From an uncultured virus (IMG/VR IMGVR_UViG_3300025759_000061) (taxonomy: Duplodnaviria > Heunggongvirae > Uroviricota > Caudoviricetes): DNA of 56,833 nucleotides. A program made the translations under genes and the position numbers. The notes beneath the pieces are model-generated. The model was not told where the DNA came from, did not search any database, and was given only the letters and a program-made list of their open reading frames with translations. Positions 36,937-46,560 of the stretch are shown here, one piece after another (the stretch's first letter is position 1; each line of letters opens with the position of its first letter). The stretch lies in IMG/VR virus record IMGVR_UViG_3300025759_000061, positions 62,001-118,833 of that record. One strand, 5' to 3'.

Positions 36937-37592
36937 ACGTGAAAGTAGTGGCAGTCACCCAACCGGTGAACATAGACGGTGTTGATACGGCAGAAGAGTT
37001 TGTGGCATATTGTGCACGGGTATCAAACCCATCAAATCAATTGAACAATGACACAGCAGACAAGCTGTTGGCATATCTGATCAACAACAAGCACTGGTCC
37101 CCTTTTGAGATGGTCCATATGGCTATTGAAATCAAAACGACTCGTGATATTGGGAGACAAATCCTACGTCACAGGTCGTTTTCGTTTCAGGAATTCTCAC
37201 AAAGATATGCACGGATCAATATTGCCGACATGGTGACCCGTGAAGCCAGACTCCAAGACCCAAAGAACAGACAGAATTCTGTTGATGTGGATGATGAATT
37301 TCTGGAACACCAGTGGCAGGAATATCAAAACCTTGTGAGTGAACGTATTATCGAAGCCTATGAATGGGCACTGGATAATGGTGTGGCCAAGGAACAGGCA
37401 AGAGCCGTACTGCCTGAAGGAATGACACCATCCACGATGTACATGTCGGGGACTCTCAGATCATGGATTCATTATTGTGCTCTACGTATGGGTAACGGCA
37501 CCCAGAAAGAACATAGAGAGATTGCAGAACAATGCTGGAATGGTATATGTGAACATTTTCCGTCTATATCAGGACTCACTTCAAACAATTAA
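36933..37592 (+). CDS. thyX: flavin-dependent thymidylate synthase
   Basis: HWSPFE, RHRSFSFQEFSQRY, EQAR..LP, TQKEHR. Confidence 0.96.
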   Translation: MNVKVVAVTQPVNIDGVDTAEEFVAYCARVSNPSNQLNNDTADKLLAYLINNKHWSPFEMVHMAIEIKTTRDIGRQILRHRSFSFQEFSQRYARINIADMVTREARLQDPKNRQNSVDVDDEFLEHQWQEYQNLVSERIIEAYEWALDNGVAKEQARAVLPEGMTPSTMYMSGTLRSWIHYCALRMGNGTQKEHREIAEQCWNGICEHFPSISGLTSNN

Positions 37593-37619
37593 CAAACAAG
37601 TAATAAGGACAAACGTAGG

Positions 37620-39536
37620 ATGTGTAACAGTTTACCCACCCAGTATCAACAATTTATTCACCTTTCAAGGTATTCAAGATGGCTCACGGAGAAAAACAGA
37701 CGTGAAACCTACCCAGAGACTGTTGGAAGGTATTTTGATTTCTTCAAGGATCACTTGAAGGATAACAATAAATTCAATCTATCTAAAACAGTCAGGGAAG
37801 AGCTTGAGCAGGCTGTACTGGATTTGAGCATCATGCCATCCATGAGATGTCTTATGACGGCTGGTGATGCCTTAAAACGTGAGAACGTGGCTGGTTATAA
37901 CTGTGCTTACACTGCTATAGATAATCCCCGTGCATTTGATGAAATCCTATACATCCTGATGAACGGGACCGGGGTTGGATTCTCTGTTGAGTCCAAGCAC
38001 GTCAACAAGTTGCCGGAAGTTGCAGAGGATTTCCACCACTCAGATACTACAATCGTAGTGGCCGACTCCAAGCTGGGTTGGGCAAAATCTCTCAAAGAAC
38101 TGATTCACCTTCTATACAGTGGTCAGATTCCAAAGACAGATGTTTCAAAGGTCCGGAAGGCTGGATCGATTCTGAAAACTTTCGGTGGCCGTGCATCTGG
38201 TCCAGAACCCCTCATTGCATTATTTGAGTTCTGTATTGATACATTCCAGAATTCTGCTGGACGTAAACTGACCACGTTGGAATGTCATGACATCGTTTGT
38301 AAGATTGCTGATATCGTTGTTGTTGGTGGTGTTCGACGTTCTGCACTAATTTCCCTCTCTGATCTGTTTGATGATCGTCTGAGAAGTGCCAAGTCAGGTG
38401 AATGGTACTTCACACAAAAGCAAAGAATGCTTGCAAACAATTCCTATGTGGTAGAGGGTAAAGTTGATATCGGTATTTTCATGAAGGAATGGACATCGTT
38501 GTATGAGTCCAAGTCCGGTGAACGTGGTATCTTCTCACGTGCTGCATCCCAGAAAAAGGTTGCAGAGAATGGCCGTAGAGACCCTGAATGGGATTTTGGT
38601 ACAAACCCATGCTCAGAAATCATTCTACGGTCTGGTGAGTTCTGTAACCTCTCTGAAGTGGTAATCAGACCAGAAGACACGGAAGAGACACTTGCAGAGA
38701 AGGTCCGGAAGGCCACGATCCTTGGAACCTTCCAGTCAACCCTCACAAATTTCAAATACCTCTCCAAGAAATGGAAGAACAATTGTGATGAAGAACGGTT
38801 GCTGGGTGTGTCCATGACCGGTATCATGGATAATACTCTAACCAACGGTTCAACCGGACTGGCTGAACTGGGAAGCCTGCTACACAGACTGAAGCAGGTT
38901 GCAATCGACACCAACAAGGAATGGGCTGAAAAGCTTGGTATTCCACAATCCAAGGCAGTCACTTGTGTGAAGCCGTCTGGTACAGTATCACAAATGGTTC
39001 TGTCATCGTCTGGTATCCATCCATCGTTTGCACCATTTTATGTCCGGACAGTCCGGAATGACAACAAAGACCCTGTTACCAAGTTCATGAAGGATCAGGG
39101 ATTCATCGTGGAAGAGGATGTAACCAAGCCAGATACCACGTCTGTTTTCTCATTCCCGATCAAGGCTCCAGCAGACAGTGTGTTCAAAAATGACAGGACG
39201 GCTATTGAACAGTTATCCCTATGGCTTACATATCATAGATACTGGTGTGAACACAAACCCTCTATCACTGTGTATGTGAAAGAAGATGAATGGATGAAGG
39301 TTGGATCATGGGTATATGAGCATCTGGATGAAATGTCTGGTGTGTCATTCCTGCCACACTCTGATCACGTCTATAAGCAAGCACCATACCAAGAGATTAG
39401 TGAAGAGGAATATGAAGAGTTGTTGAAACTGACTCCACAAAATGTGGATTGGGCTAAGATGGCCGATTACGAAAAAGAAGATCACACTGTTGCATCACAG
39501 GAATTGGCTTGTGTTGCTGGTGGATGTGAAATCTAA
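37620..39536 (+). CDS. nrdJ: class II (B12-dependent) ribonucleotide reductase
   Basis: PSMR, GGVRRSA, TNPCSEI, CVKPSGTVS, C-terminal CVAGGC; no beta subunit adjacent. Confidence 0.92.
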   Translation: MCNSLPTQYQQFIHLSRYSRWLTEKNRRETYPETVGRYFDFFKDHLKDNNKFNLSKTVREELEQAVLDLSIMPSMRCLMTAGDALKRENVAGYNCAYTAIDNPRAFDEILYILMNGTGVGFSVESKHVNKLPEVAEDFHHSDTTIVVADSKLGWAKSLKELIHLLYSGQIPKTDVSKVRKAGSILKTFGGRASGPEPLIALFEFCIDTFQNSAGRKLTTLECHDIVCKIADIVVVGGVRRSALISLSDLFDDRLRSAKSGEWYFTQKQRMLANNSYVVEGKVDIGIFMKEWTSLYESKSGERGIFSRAASQKKVAENGRRDPEWDFGTNPCSEIILRSGEFCNLSEVVIRPEDTEETLAEKVRKATILGTFQSTLTNFKYLSKKWKNNCDEERLLGVSMTGIMDNTLTNGSTGLAELGSLLHRLKQVAIDTNKEWAEKLGIPQSKAVTCVKPSGTVSQMVLSSSGIHPSFAPFYVRTVRNDNKDPVTKFMKDQGFIVEEDVTKPDTTSVFSFPIKAPADSVFKNDRTAIEQLSLWLTYHRYWCEHKPSITVYVKEDEWMKVGSWVYEHLDEMSGVSFLPHSDHVYKQAPYQEISEEEYEELLKLTPQNVDWAKMADYEKEDHTVASQELACVAGGCEI

Positions 39537-39632
39537 GAGCTAACCCTTTTCGGACTCCTTGATCTGGGTCCCCGTGCCGTGGACAGATTTACAAAACGGC
39601 TTATATCGTTTGTCCACCGAAAAGGGTTATTC
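39537..39632 (+). ncRNA. candidate structured RNA (three-way junction) after nrdJ
   Basis: 12-bp closing stem TAACCCTTTTCG/CGAAAAGGGTTA enclosing GACTC/GGGTC and GTGGACA/TGTCCAC stems. Confidence 0.5.
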
Positions 39633-39688
39633 ATGCTATGGACGTGTAATATAGGCAATACGGCACACTTATTAAAGAGGATGTGATA

Positions 39689-40159
39689 ATGACTACTGTT
39701 GAAATGAAAGTATCTGAAGTGAAGGGCAAGCTTGAACTGATCTTCAATGAACGTGATAAATTCATTGAAGATCAGAAGCAAGCCTTCATGGATGAACACA
39801 GGGGCAAAGAGATGTATCTTGGGGTTGAATACAAAAAGACAAAATCTTTTTTAGGTAAAGAAACAACAGAACATGAAGAAATATACGGGAAACCTACAGA
39901 AGAACAGCTTGAAAACTTTTGGATTGCAGGTTTACCATGGAAGTATAACCGTCACATAATATCCACCCCTTACACACCATATTTGTATGCTTTGAAGTAT
40001 GGTTCCTTTTACTATGACAAAATCTCAGCACTGTGGGATACTGTGCAGGGTTTAACACCCTCAAGAAAATTACAGGTTGATGTTGGAGATATTGAAGCTA
40101 TCAACCATCTGATGAGAAGTGTTGAGTCAAGACAGAGAGAAAGAAAAGAGAAAACATAA
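39689..40159 (+). CDS. hypothetical protein
   Basis: GAGGA RBS. Confidence 0.7.
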   Translation: MTTVEMKVSEVKGKLELIFNERDKFIEDQKQAFMDEHRGKEMYLGVEYKKTKSFLGKETTEHEEIYGKPTEEQLENFWIAGLPWKYNRHIISTPYTPYLYALKYGSFYYDKISALWDTVQGLTPSRKLQVDVGDIEAINHLMRSVESRQRERKEKT

Positions 40160-40545
40160 TGTCTGGTGGATATCTATATGGAGAAAAAGAGCCGTATGAG
40201 CACTGCCCATATTGTGGACACATATGCAGTGCCGACTATGTGGACATAGGTGTAGGGATGCAGCAGTGTGGACCATTTCATTGTGTCTCCTGTCATGCCT
40301 CTGAGATAGGCCCATATGATGATTCAAGACCCTTGAGTGTTGCAGAAGAGAAGACTGGGTGGTATGCACCTGAGAGTGAACCGGGATCATCTGCAAACGT
40401 GTTGAATGGTGAACATGTGCATCATGAACATATGAAAGAAGTTTACCAGAGATTCTTTGAAGGTAATGAGAAGTGGTTAGACAAGAAGTTTGTTGAAGAG
40501 TGGTGGCAGTGGCAAAAGAAAAGAAAGAAGATATATAATGTGTGA
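40159..40545 (+). CDS. Cys-rich hypothetical protein
   Basis: CPYC...ADYVDIGVG..QCGP..CVSC. Confidence 0.75.
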   Translation: MSGGYLYGEKEPYEHCPYCGHICSADYVDIGVGMQQCGPFHCVSCHASEIGPYDDSRPLSVAEEKTGWYAPESEPGSSANVLNGEHVHHEHMKEVYQRFFEGNEKWLDKKFVEEWWQWQKKRKKIYNV

Positions 40546-40996
40546 TGATATGGGAAACTTGCCCGGTCTTGATGCTCTTGTGCTTGCACTATCTAAAGAG
40601 ATCGAAGAAAACCCGGTGAAGAATATTGAAGAAACTGATATCAAGATCAAGAAGCAGTTTTTTGGTAAACCTATAAACGGGTTTGATTCCAAAATCGGGG
40701 ACGTGGTGTCTATCAGGCCGGTGGGTGAGAGATACAAAGACAAGACCTTTCTTGGATTCTACATGGGTGATGTTTGTGTTGATGCCCACATTGTGTATGA
40801 AGTGAAGACAGAAACAATCATTGTACATGCACACAACAACCCGGCAATCTTTGTTCCGGAACTGAACGAAATCATAATGGGTTATGAATCGTGGTGGGGT
40901 GGAATCAACTCAGTGGATGACTTGAAGCAGATCACAGATGATGATATCAAGAATGTGTGGTATATGAAAGCCCTGAAAGCCTTTGCCGATGTTTAG
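40538..40996 (+). CDS. hypothetical protein
   Basis: KTFLGFYMGD...NPAIFVPEL...GYESWW. Confidence 0.75.
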   Translation: MCDDMGNLPGLDALVLALSKEIEENPVKNIEETDIKIKKQFFGKPINGFDSKIGDVVSIRPVGERYKDKTFLGFYMGDVCVDAHIVYEVKTETIIVHAHNNPAIFVPELNEIIMGYESWWGGINSVDDLKQITDDDIKNVWYMKALKAFADV

Positions 40997-41216
40997 TTTG
41001 TTGGAAAAATTCCTCATATATATGGGTATATACAGACAACCCGGTGAACACAGAAAGCTCACCCGTAACGATTACGGGTTCTGTGACTATTGCAGTAATG
41101 GAAATTACAGGACAATGAACGATTGTTCTTGGTATGATGAGACCGGTGTGGATAGGTATGAAGACTATCCTTTTGGAATAAACAAACCACCATGTGAGAC
41201 AAAATATGAAGAATGA
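40989..41216 (+). CDS. hypothetical protein
   Basis: ORF in operon. Confidence 0.55.
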   Translation: MFSLLEKFLIYMGIYRQPGEHRKLTRNDYGFCDYCSNGNYRTMNDCSWYDETGVDRYEDYPFGINKPPCETKYEE

Positions 41217-41403
41217 AAATGAAACAGTAAGCTATCTGCACGGTAAGTGCCCACATTGTAAGGGAGAGACCAATCTTGAGAGTGTGGGACTCTTGGAGTG
41301 TATAGAAGAGGTTCTGATGAAATGTCCCAGATGTCACAAAACATACGTTGTAAAAATATATAGAGACATTACATATAGGTCAATGAAACTAGAGGATTCA
41401 TAA
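41206..41403 (+). CDS. small zinc-ribbon protein
   Basis: CPHC...CPRC. Confidence 0.6.
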   Translation: MKNENETVSYLHGKCPHCKGETNLESVGLLECIEEVLMKCPRCHKTYVVKIYRDITYRSMKLEDS

Positions 41404-41404
41404 A

Positions 41405-41629
41405 ATGAAAACAGAATCACTCACAGGAATCGGTGATCTTCAGAGAGCCGTGGCTAAACAGGAAACTCCAACAGTAAAGGTGCTAGAGATGGAACATGCA
41501 ATTCAAGAGAAATATGAGAAGGCATTGAGTGATCTGAAGGCTGGGTTGATCACAGAGAGTGAATTCTCTTTGGTCGAAGCTGAGTTCAGAGACTTTAAGG
41601 CAAGTGATAGAAAAATTTTGAATGGGTAA
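41405..41629 (+). CDS. hypothetical protein
   Basis: GAGG RBS. Confidence 0.6.
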   Translation: MKTESLTGIGDLQRAVAKQETPTVKVLEMEHAIQEKYEKALSDLKAGLITESEFSLVEAEFRDFKASDRKILNG

Positions 41630-41861
41630 GGTTATGAGAAAAATTCAAGAACATGTATTCGGTGATGAGAGTATTACAGTCCGGGATGGTTGCTGGAACT
41701 GTAAATACTGGTTATCTCCAAAATGCCAGAAGTTTCCCAGACATGAGATAACCCAATATGATCACTGGTGCTGGCAATTTGAAGAGAAGGTGAATGAGGA
41801 TGGTGAGTTGATGGTTACACGTGATGCATCAAAATGGTTTCCATTTGATATCAAGCTTTAA
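41622..41861 (+). CDS. hypothetical protein
   Basis: CWNCKYW...C...WC. Confidence 0.6.
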   Translation: MGKVMRKIQEHVFGDESITVRDGCWNCKYWLSPKCQKFPRHEITQYDHWCWQFEEKVNEDGELMVTRDASKWFPFDIKL

Positions 41862-41864
41862 AGG

Positions 41865-42068
41865 ATGATAAAAATGAAACATAGTACAATGAAAATATGG
41901 GCAGTGTTGGGAGCTTTTCTTACTCTTGTATATATTTTGTTTGCAATAAACATGGGTGGGGTGATTGCTTTTTACATGACAGTAGCTCCAATTATCTTAG
42001 CAATATGCATAATGACTTCTGTTGTGGTATACCTTGTCCTCTTGGAAATATTCGATCCAGACTTGTAG
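41865..42068 (+). CDS. small membrane protein
   Basis: Two TM segments. Confidence 0.6.
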   Translation: MIKMKHSTMKIWAVLGAFLTLVYILFAINMGGVIAFYMTVAPIILAICIMTSVVVYLVLLEIFDPDL

Positions 42069-42101
42069 GAAGGTCACATAAATACTCCCAGATAATGGAG
42101 T

Positions 42102-42512
42102 ATGAATATGACTACCACACCTTGGATTTACAACAAAGAACCCCTGACAGAAATCCCCGAAGGCTATTATGGATTTGTCTACCTGATCACCAATAACGTC
42201 ACCCATAAGAAATACGTAGGTCGGAAATTCTTCTATGTGAGCAAGACCCGGCAAGTGAAGCTGAAGAAGAAGAAATACAAAGCTGAGTCTGATTGGCAAG
42301 ACTATTACGGATCGAACAAGACGATACAGGAAGAGGTTGCCAGACTTGGGAAGGGTGCTTTCCATAGGGAAATACTTCACCTATGTAAGACGAAGGGTAC
42401 GGCAAATTATTATGAAGCCAGTGAGATATTCAAACGTGATGCAATTCTCAAAGAAGAGTATTATAATGATTGGATGCATGTGAAAGTTAGCAAGAGCCAT
42501 GTCAAAGAGTAA
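42102..42512 (+). CDS. GIY-YIG family nuclease (short, Seg-like)
   Basis: GFVYLITN...KKYVGRK...YYGS...F.REIL...YYN; CATAAATA at 42077. Confidence 0.85.
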   Translation: MNMTTTPWIYNKEPLTEIPEGYYGFVYLITNNVTHKKYVGRKFFYVSKTRQVKLKKKKYKAESDWQDYYGSNKTIQEEVARLGKGAFHREILHLCKTKGTANYYEASEIFKRDAILKEEYYNDWMHVKVSKSHVKE

Positions 42513-42735
42513 ATTTATATTAATTAAACATGCTGATGCTGCATCACCAGACCATATGAGATGGTTGTATGATGTATATATCAATGTTGAATTTGTGTCT
42601 GAAGTATTAGACCCATACACAGACAGTGGGGGAAATAACTGGTGCACGATTCGTATGTCCAACAATAGGGAATATAAGGTCCCTCACCATATTGATCATG
42701 TCATGAAGTGGATTATGGGAAATGACGAAAAATAA
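42499..42735 (+). CDS. hypothetical protein
   Basis: ORF in operon. Confidence 0.6.
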   Translation: MSKSKFILIKHADAASPDHMRWLYDVYINVEFVSEVLDPYTDSGGNNWCTIRMSNNREYKVPHHIDHVMKWIMGNDEK

Positions 42736-43009
42736 ACAAATTCCCTATTATATCAGGACCAGTGATGTTGTCAATTTCATTGAAGGATTGAACTATACAA
42801 GAAGCTCTGAATGGGGGGAAATGGGGAAGACTGAGTGGTTAATGTTTTTCAGTATGGGTGATCCTGATATAGAGTATCATAAATTTATCCGGCTGCTTGA
42901 TGGTTTCAGTAATCATAAAATGGCTAGAGGTTGTGATAAAGTTCCAAGAATGTTGCATGATTGGGCACGGAAACATAAGTATAGGAAATCTGAAAATGTC
43001 GAAGATTGA
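42722..43009 (+). CDS. hypothetical protein
   Basis: ORF in operon. Confidence 0.6.
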   Translation: MTKNKQIPYYIRTSDVVNFIEGLNYTRSSEWGEMGKTEWLMFFSMGDPDIEYHKFIRLLDGFSNHKMARGCDKVPRMLHDWARKHKYRKSENVED

Positions 43010-43196
43010 AGAATCACAAAAAGAATCACAAGAAGAATTACTCAAAAAAGACTTAAGGATACAAGCCACTATCATTAAGGCTTTATTGGTAGAACATGGT
43101 CACAAATACAGTGTAGAAGATTTGGAATATTTTGCAAAAGAATTGGAAGATATTTTAAGTGATCTTGGTGTGGAAAGCATAACAGATATGCAATAA
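42996..43196 (+). CDS. hypothetical protein
   Basis: AGGA RBS. Confidence 0.55.
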   Translation: MSKIEESQKESQEELLKKDLRIQATIIKALLVEHGHKYSVEDLEYFAKELEDILSDLGVESITDMQ

Positions 43197-43212
43197 GGTG
43201 GATTGAGTTTTG

Positions 43213-43224
43213 TGCAGTGCAGCA
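43213..43224. promoter_or_regulatory. PhaR-type box TGCAGTGCAGCA
   Basis: Fits the alphaproteobacterial PhaR consensus TGCRNYGCASMA. Confidence 0.45.
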
Positions 43225-43238
43225 ATAAATACAGGAGA

Positions 43239-43266
43239 AGTCGTGGAATCATCCATGGCTTTTTTT
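43239..43266 (+). terminator. terminator hairpin
   Basis: agtcgtgga-atca-tccatggct + T tract. Confidence 0.7.
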
Positions 43267-43279
43267 GTGGAGAATTCCA

Positions 43280-43444
43280 ATGTCTGCTTTGCTAAACTTT
43301 TTCAATGGCTTTGACCTATTCGGTGAAGGTCCAATGACTCGTATGATGAGAACCGAATACCGTAGAGATTACGAACATGCCGTCGAAAACAAATTCATGT
43401 CGGAAGCCCATGCCAAAGCTTTCATAAATCGTGTCAATATGTAA
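43280..43444 (+). CDS. small hypothetical protein (54 aa, not in ORF track)
   Basis: GGAG RBS; MSALLNFF...RMMRTEYRRDY. Confidence 0.6.
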   Translation: MSALLNFFNGFDLFGEGPMTRMMRTEYRRDYEHAVENKFMSEAHAKAFINRVNM

Positions 43445-43491
43445 ATTAAAGGTTGACACAGCCCACCAACTCATGTATATGGTGTTCTATT

Positions 43492-43713
43492 ATGACAAAT
43501 TTGAAATATGAAGATACCCTCACTGAGGAAGAAAAAACCTACTATGACATGTGCATGAAGCATGATTTCATGTATGAAATGTCTGAAGACATGTCATGGT
43601 ATAGGCACGGTGCAGAGACATACAAACGGTTGTATGCATACGGTAAAGAACACCTCTCACCTGACCGGGCTGAAGAAATTCTGGAATGGGTAAAATGGAA
43701 GAAGTACGGATGA
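43492..43713 (+). CDS. hypothetical protein
   Basis: After TTGACA promoter; HDFMYEMSED motif. Confidence 0.65.
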   Translation: MTNLKYEDTLTEEEKTYYDMCMKHDFMYEMSEDMSWYRHGAETYKRLYAYGKEHLSPDRAEEILEWVKWKKYG

Positions 43714-43994
43714 TTAAACCTGAGTTTATTGAACCTCTGTTGGTGTTGACAAAATCTGATTGCTCGTGGTGTGACAAGGCCAAGGCATTGTTGGATGAGA
43801 AAGGTATCAAGTACACTACCATATCCATTAACGGTGATGTGGGTGCTTGGAAATCCTTTCTACAGTGGAAGGGTATTGAGAAGCCTACCATGCCCATGAT
43901 TTTTTCAAAATGGGGTAATGGAGACATCCATCTGATTGGTGGATATGATTCTCTCGAAAAACTATTCAAGTTCCAAGAAAATTACTGGCCATAG
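43710..43994 (+). CDS. glutaredoxin
   Basis: TKSDCSWCDKAK, TMPMIF, IGGYD. Confidence 0.88.
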   Translation: MIKPEFIEPLLVLTKSDCSWCDKAKALLDEKGIKYTTISINGDVGAWKSFLQWKGIEKPTMPMIFSKWGNGDIHLIGGYDSLEKLFKFQENYWP

Positions 43995-44007
43995 GAGATT
44001 ATGAACA

Positions 44008-44106
44008 TTGCCACATCCACATAAGAACAGACCACCAAAGGGCCGAAGAAAGATCGGCTCCAAGAAGAGACGTGCAAGAGCTAAGAGAAAATTCTCCAAG
44101 AAATAA
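44008..44106 (+). CDS. very basic 32-aa peptide (not in ORF track)
   Basis: AGGAG RBS then TTG: PHPHKNRPPKGRRKIGSKKRRARAKRKFSKK*. Confidence 0.5.
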   Translation: MPHPHKNRPPKGRRKIGSKKRRARAKRKFSKK

Positions 44107-44152
44107 TTTACTCTAAGTCTTTATTATAGAACACTTTTTTCAATGAGTCTAC

Positions 44153-44216
44153 CAACCTATGGTTGTAGTTTTACAACCTATGGTTTATTGACTTTTGAAA
44201 TGTGGTCCTATATAAT
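44153..44216 (+). promoter_or_regulatory. consensus sigma70 promoter preceded by two CAACCTATGGTT boxes
   Basis: TTGACT-N17-TATAAT at 44188-44216; 12-mer repeated at 44153 and 44174. Confidence 0.75.
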
Positions 44217-44246
44217 GGTGATAAGAAAATCACATGAAAGAAGACA

Positions 44247-45317
44247 ATGAAAAAACGGACAGTTGATAGAGACACGTTTGGTTCAGAGCCGATTCTTGAA
44301 TCGTATCCCGATGGTGTTGACATCACCAATGCCTATAATTGGTACAACTATATGCATGGTTCCAAAAAATCATTGGACCATGTTGTAGAATTCATGAAGA
44401 ATAGTGATTATCCGGATGATGAAGTCCAACAGGTTGCCAACCTCAATTACAAATCGATGATCACACTAGGTGTGTCGGTTGGTTGGATTGCTAGGATAAT
44501 GACCAACGGAACTGAGCTACCATTTGAGATGGTCAACAAGGTTTCTGAAGGTATCAACCACCTGCTCGAAATCAGTCATGACATCCCAACCCGAAAACGG
44601 AAATCCCCTCAAGTATCAACCCTCATGAAATCGTATCAGTATATTGATATGCTGGATGATCAGAAGGATGATGATCTTGAGAACAAGGTCAAGAAACCCA
44701 ACATATATGGATGGTTGGTTGAACATGGTGTTAAGGGTCCAGTAGCCGTCCACGTCATGGAGCATTACAAAAAGGTGCTGGAAGAAATTGACGGTGCTCT
44801 TAACAAGACACACAAGGATTTGGTTGAAGCATATCACTGCTACTCGAAAGCAGAATTGAAATATATGTCCGTATGGTTCAACACTCTGATTGCTGCTTGT
44901 GACAAGCTGATCAAAGGATCGACACGGAAACGTAAGAAGAAGGTCAAGACAGCCAGACAGCAAACAATTGCCGTCCAGTATCAGAAGGATGATCCTAAAT
45001 ACAAAGTGGTCTCTGTTGAGCCTGTAAAGCTCGTGGGAGCCTCTGAAGTATGGTTGTTCAATACCCGGTACAAGAAGCTTACTGTCCTCTATACGGGGAC
45101 AAGGGACGGGTTCACAGTCAAGGGAACCACGGTATATGGGTTTGATCCGGATAAGTCGATCACAAAGATCGTAAGGAAACCGGAAGTCATTCTCAAACGG
45201 GTATGGGATGGTGGTAGCATAATTCGTAATAAGATCATGAAGGAACTGAAGACTAAAGAGCAGAAAGCAGTGGGTCGAATCAATTCCGACACACTCCTAG
45301 TTAGGATAATCAAATGA
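44247..45317 (+). CDS. conserved T4-like hypothetical protein
   Basis: NWYNY, LVEAY, FNTRYKKL, VKGTT, RKPE, GRINSDT. Confidence 0.85.
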   Translation: MKKRTVDRDTFGSEPILESYPDGVDITNAYNWYNYMHGSKKSLDHVVEFMKNSDYPDDEVQQVANLNYKSMITLGVSVGWIARIMTNGTELPFEMVNKVSEGINHLLEISHDIPTRKRKSPQVSTLMKSYQYIDMLDDQKDDDLENKVKKPNIYGWLVEHGVKGPVAVHVMEHYKKVLEEIDGALNKTHKDLVEAYHCYSKAELKYMSVWFNTLIAACDKLIKGSTRKRKKKVKTARQQTIAVQYQKDDPKYKVVSVEPVKLVGASEVWLFNTRYKKLTVLYTGTRDGFTVKGTTVYGFDPDKSITKIVRKPEVILKRVWDGGSIIRNKIMKELKTKEQKAVGRINSDTLLVRIIK

Positions 45318-45682
45318 GTGCTAACAACATAGTGAAATTTCCTGAGAAGAATGTTTTCCGTCAGGTTCCTGATGAGCAGGTTCATCAGGCTATGTTAAAC
45401 AGTATCAAAGTCAATGTTGAAAATATCGTTGATGATATAGGCAGTGAGTTGATTGAGCATATGAAAAGCTATGATATTGATGATGAGAAAACATTCCTGT
45501 TCATGTATGATATCATCAGGTCCATGGCCTACAAGAAATTTGGTATCTATCACCATCTCCACCCCTTCCTTGACAAGCACGTCAAACTGTTCCCCATGAA
45601 AGACACCCCTAACCTTACAGTTGAATCTAAATTCCCGGATATATATGATGACATCCCAAGTGACATAGAGCCTGACACTTGA
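45314..45682 (+). CDS. hypothetical protein
   Basis: NNIVKFP N-terminus; ATGA overlap. Confidence 0.75.
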   Translation: MSANNIVKFPEKNVFRQVPDEQVHQAMLNSIKVNVENIVDDIGSELIEHMKSYDIDDEKTFLFMYDIIRSMAYKKFGIYHHLHPFLDKHVKLFPMKDTPNLTVESKFPDIYDDIPSDIEPDT

Positions 45683-45735
45683 ATTGAACACAGATAAACC
45701 GTACATAATGATGAATAATAAAAAGGTATGGAACA

Positions 45736-46560
45736 ATGATTCTTGTAGATTTTGCACAATCGGTGATTGCCACGGTGTTTGCCGAAGACACCACTGATGA
45801 GTTGGTGGTTGAACGAAAAGTTTTTGAGGCTCTGAAAGGCTACAAGAACAGGTTTTCAGAATATGGTGATATGGTGATTTGCTGTGATGGTAAGGACTTA
45901 TGGAGAAAGAAGGAATTCATCTACTACAAGGCCAACCGGAAAGCCCATAAGAAAGAATCTAAGCATGACTGGGTGCTGATATATGGTTTGATCAAAAAGA
46001 TCACAGAAGCTCTCAAGGAATATTCACCCTACAAGGTTATCTATCTGAAAGAGGCTGAAGCTGATGATATCATAGCAACCCTTGTGAGATATGTTAATCT
46101 GGAAAACTCCATTATCATATCAACAGACAAGGATTTTATGCAGCTTCAGACTTATGATAGTGTGTCTCAATATTGTCCAAGGACCAAACAGTTTATGGTT
46201 ATAGACAATCCGAAGCATTATCTGATGGAGAAAATCATTCGGGGTGATCAGTCGGACGGTATACCTAATATCAAGAGTCCAGACAATTCGTTCCTGATAG
46301 AGAAGAGACAGAAGTCTATCCTGTCCAAGAATCTGGTGAACTGGGTAAACATGAAACCAGAGGAATTTTGTGACGATGAGATGCTAAAGAAATTTGAACG
46401 TAATAAGATGCTGATGGATTTTGAATACATCCCATCTGACCTAAGTATCAGTATCATGAAGGAATTCAATAATGCAAAGGTCTCAAAGAGAACCGATCTG
46501 ATGAATTATTTCATGTCCAGAAGACAAAAAGAACTTGTAGAACAGATTGGAGAATTTTAA
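45736..46560 (+). CDS. rnh: T4 RNase H (5'-3' exonuclease)
   Basis: MILVD, WRK..F.YYKANRK, EADDII, DKDFMQL, GDQSDGIPN. Confidence 0.95.
   Translation: MILVDFAQSVIATVFAEDTTDELVVERKVFEALKGYKNRFSEYGDMVICCDGKDLWRKKEFIYYKANRKAHKKESKHDWVLIYGLIKKITEALKEYSPYKVIYLKEAEADDIIATLVRYVNLENSIIISTDKDFMQLQTYDSVSQYCPRTKQFMVIDNPKHYLMEKIIRGDQSDGIPNIKSPDNSFLIEKRQKSILSKNLVNWVNMKPEEFCDDEMLKKFERNKMLMDFEYIPSDLSISIMKEFNNAKVSKRTDLMNYFMSRRQKELVEQIGEF

Noticed and set aside
39537..39632. Hammerhead ribozyme on the minus strand
   Set aside because: Three stems and GAAA are present, but the CUGANGA core is replaced by GGCACGG, and G.U pairs favour the + strand.
44153..44185. NrdR boxes
   Set aside because: The spacing is suggestive, but the sequence fits the NrdR consensus poorly and is not upstream of nrdJ.
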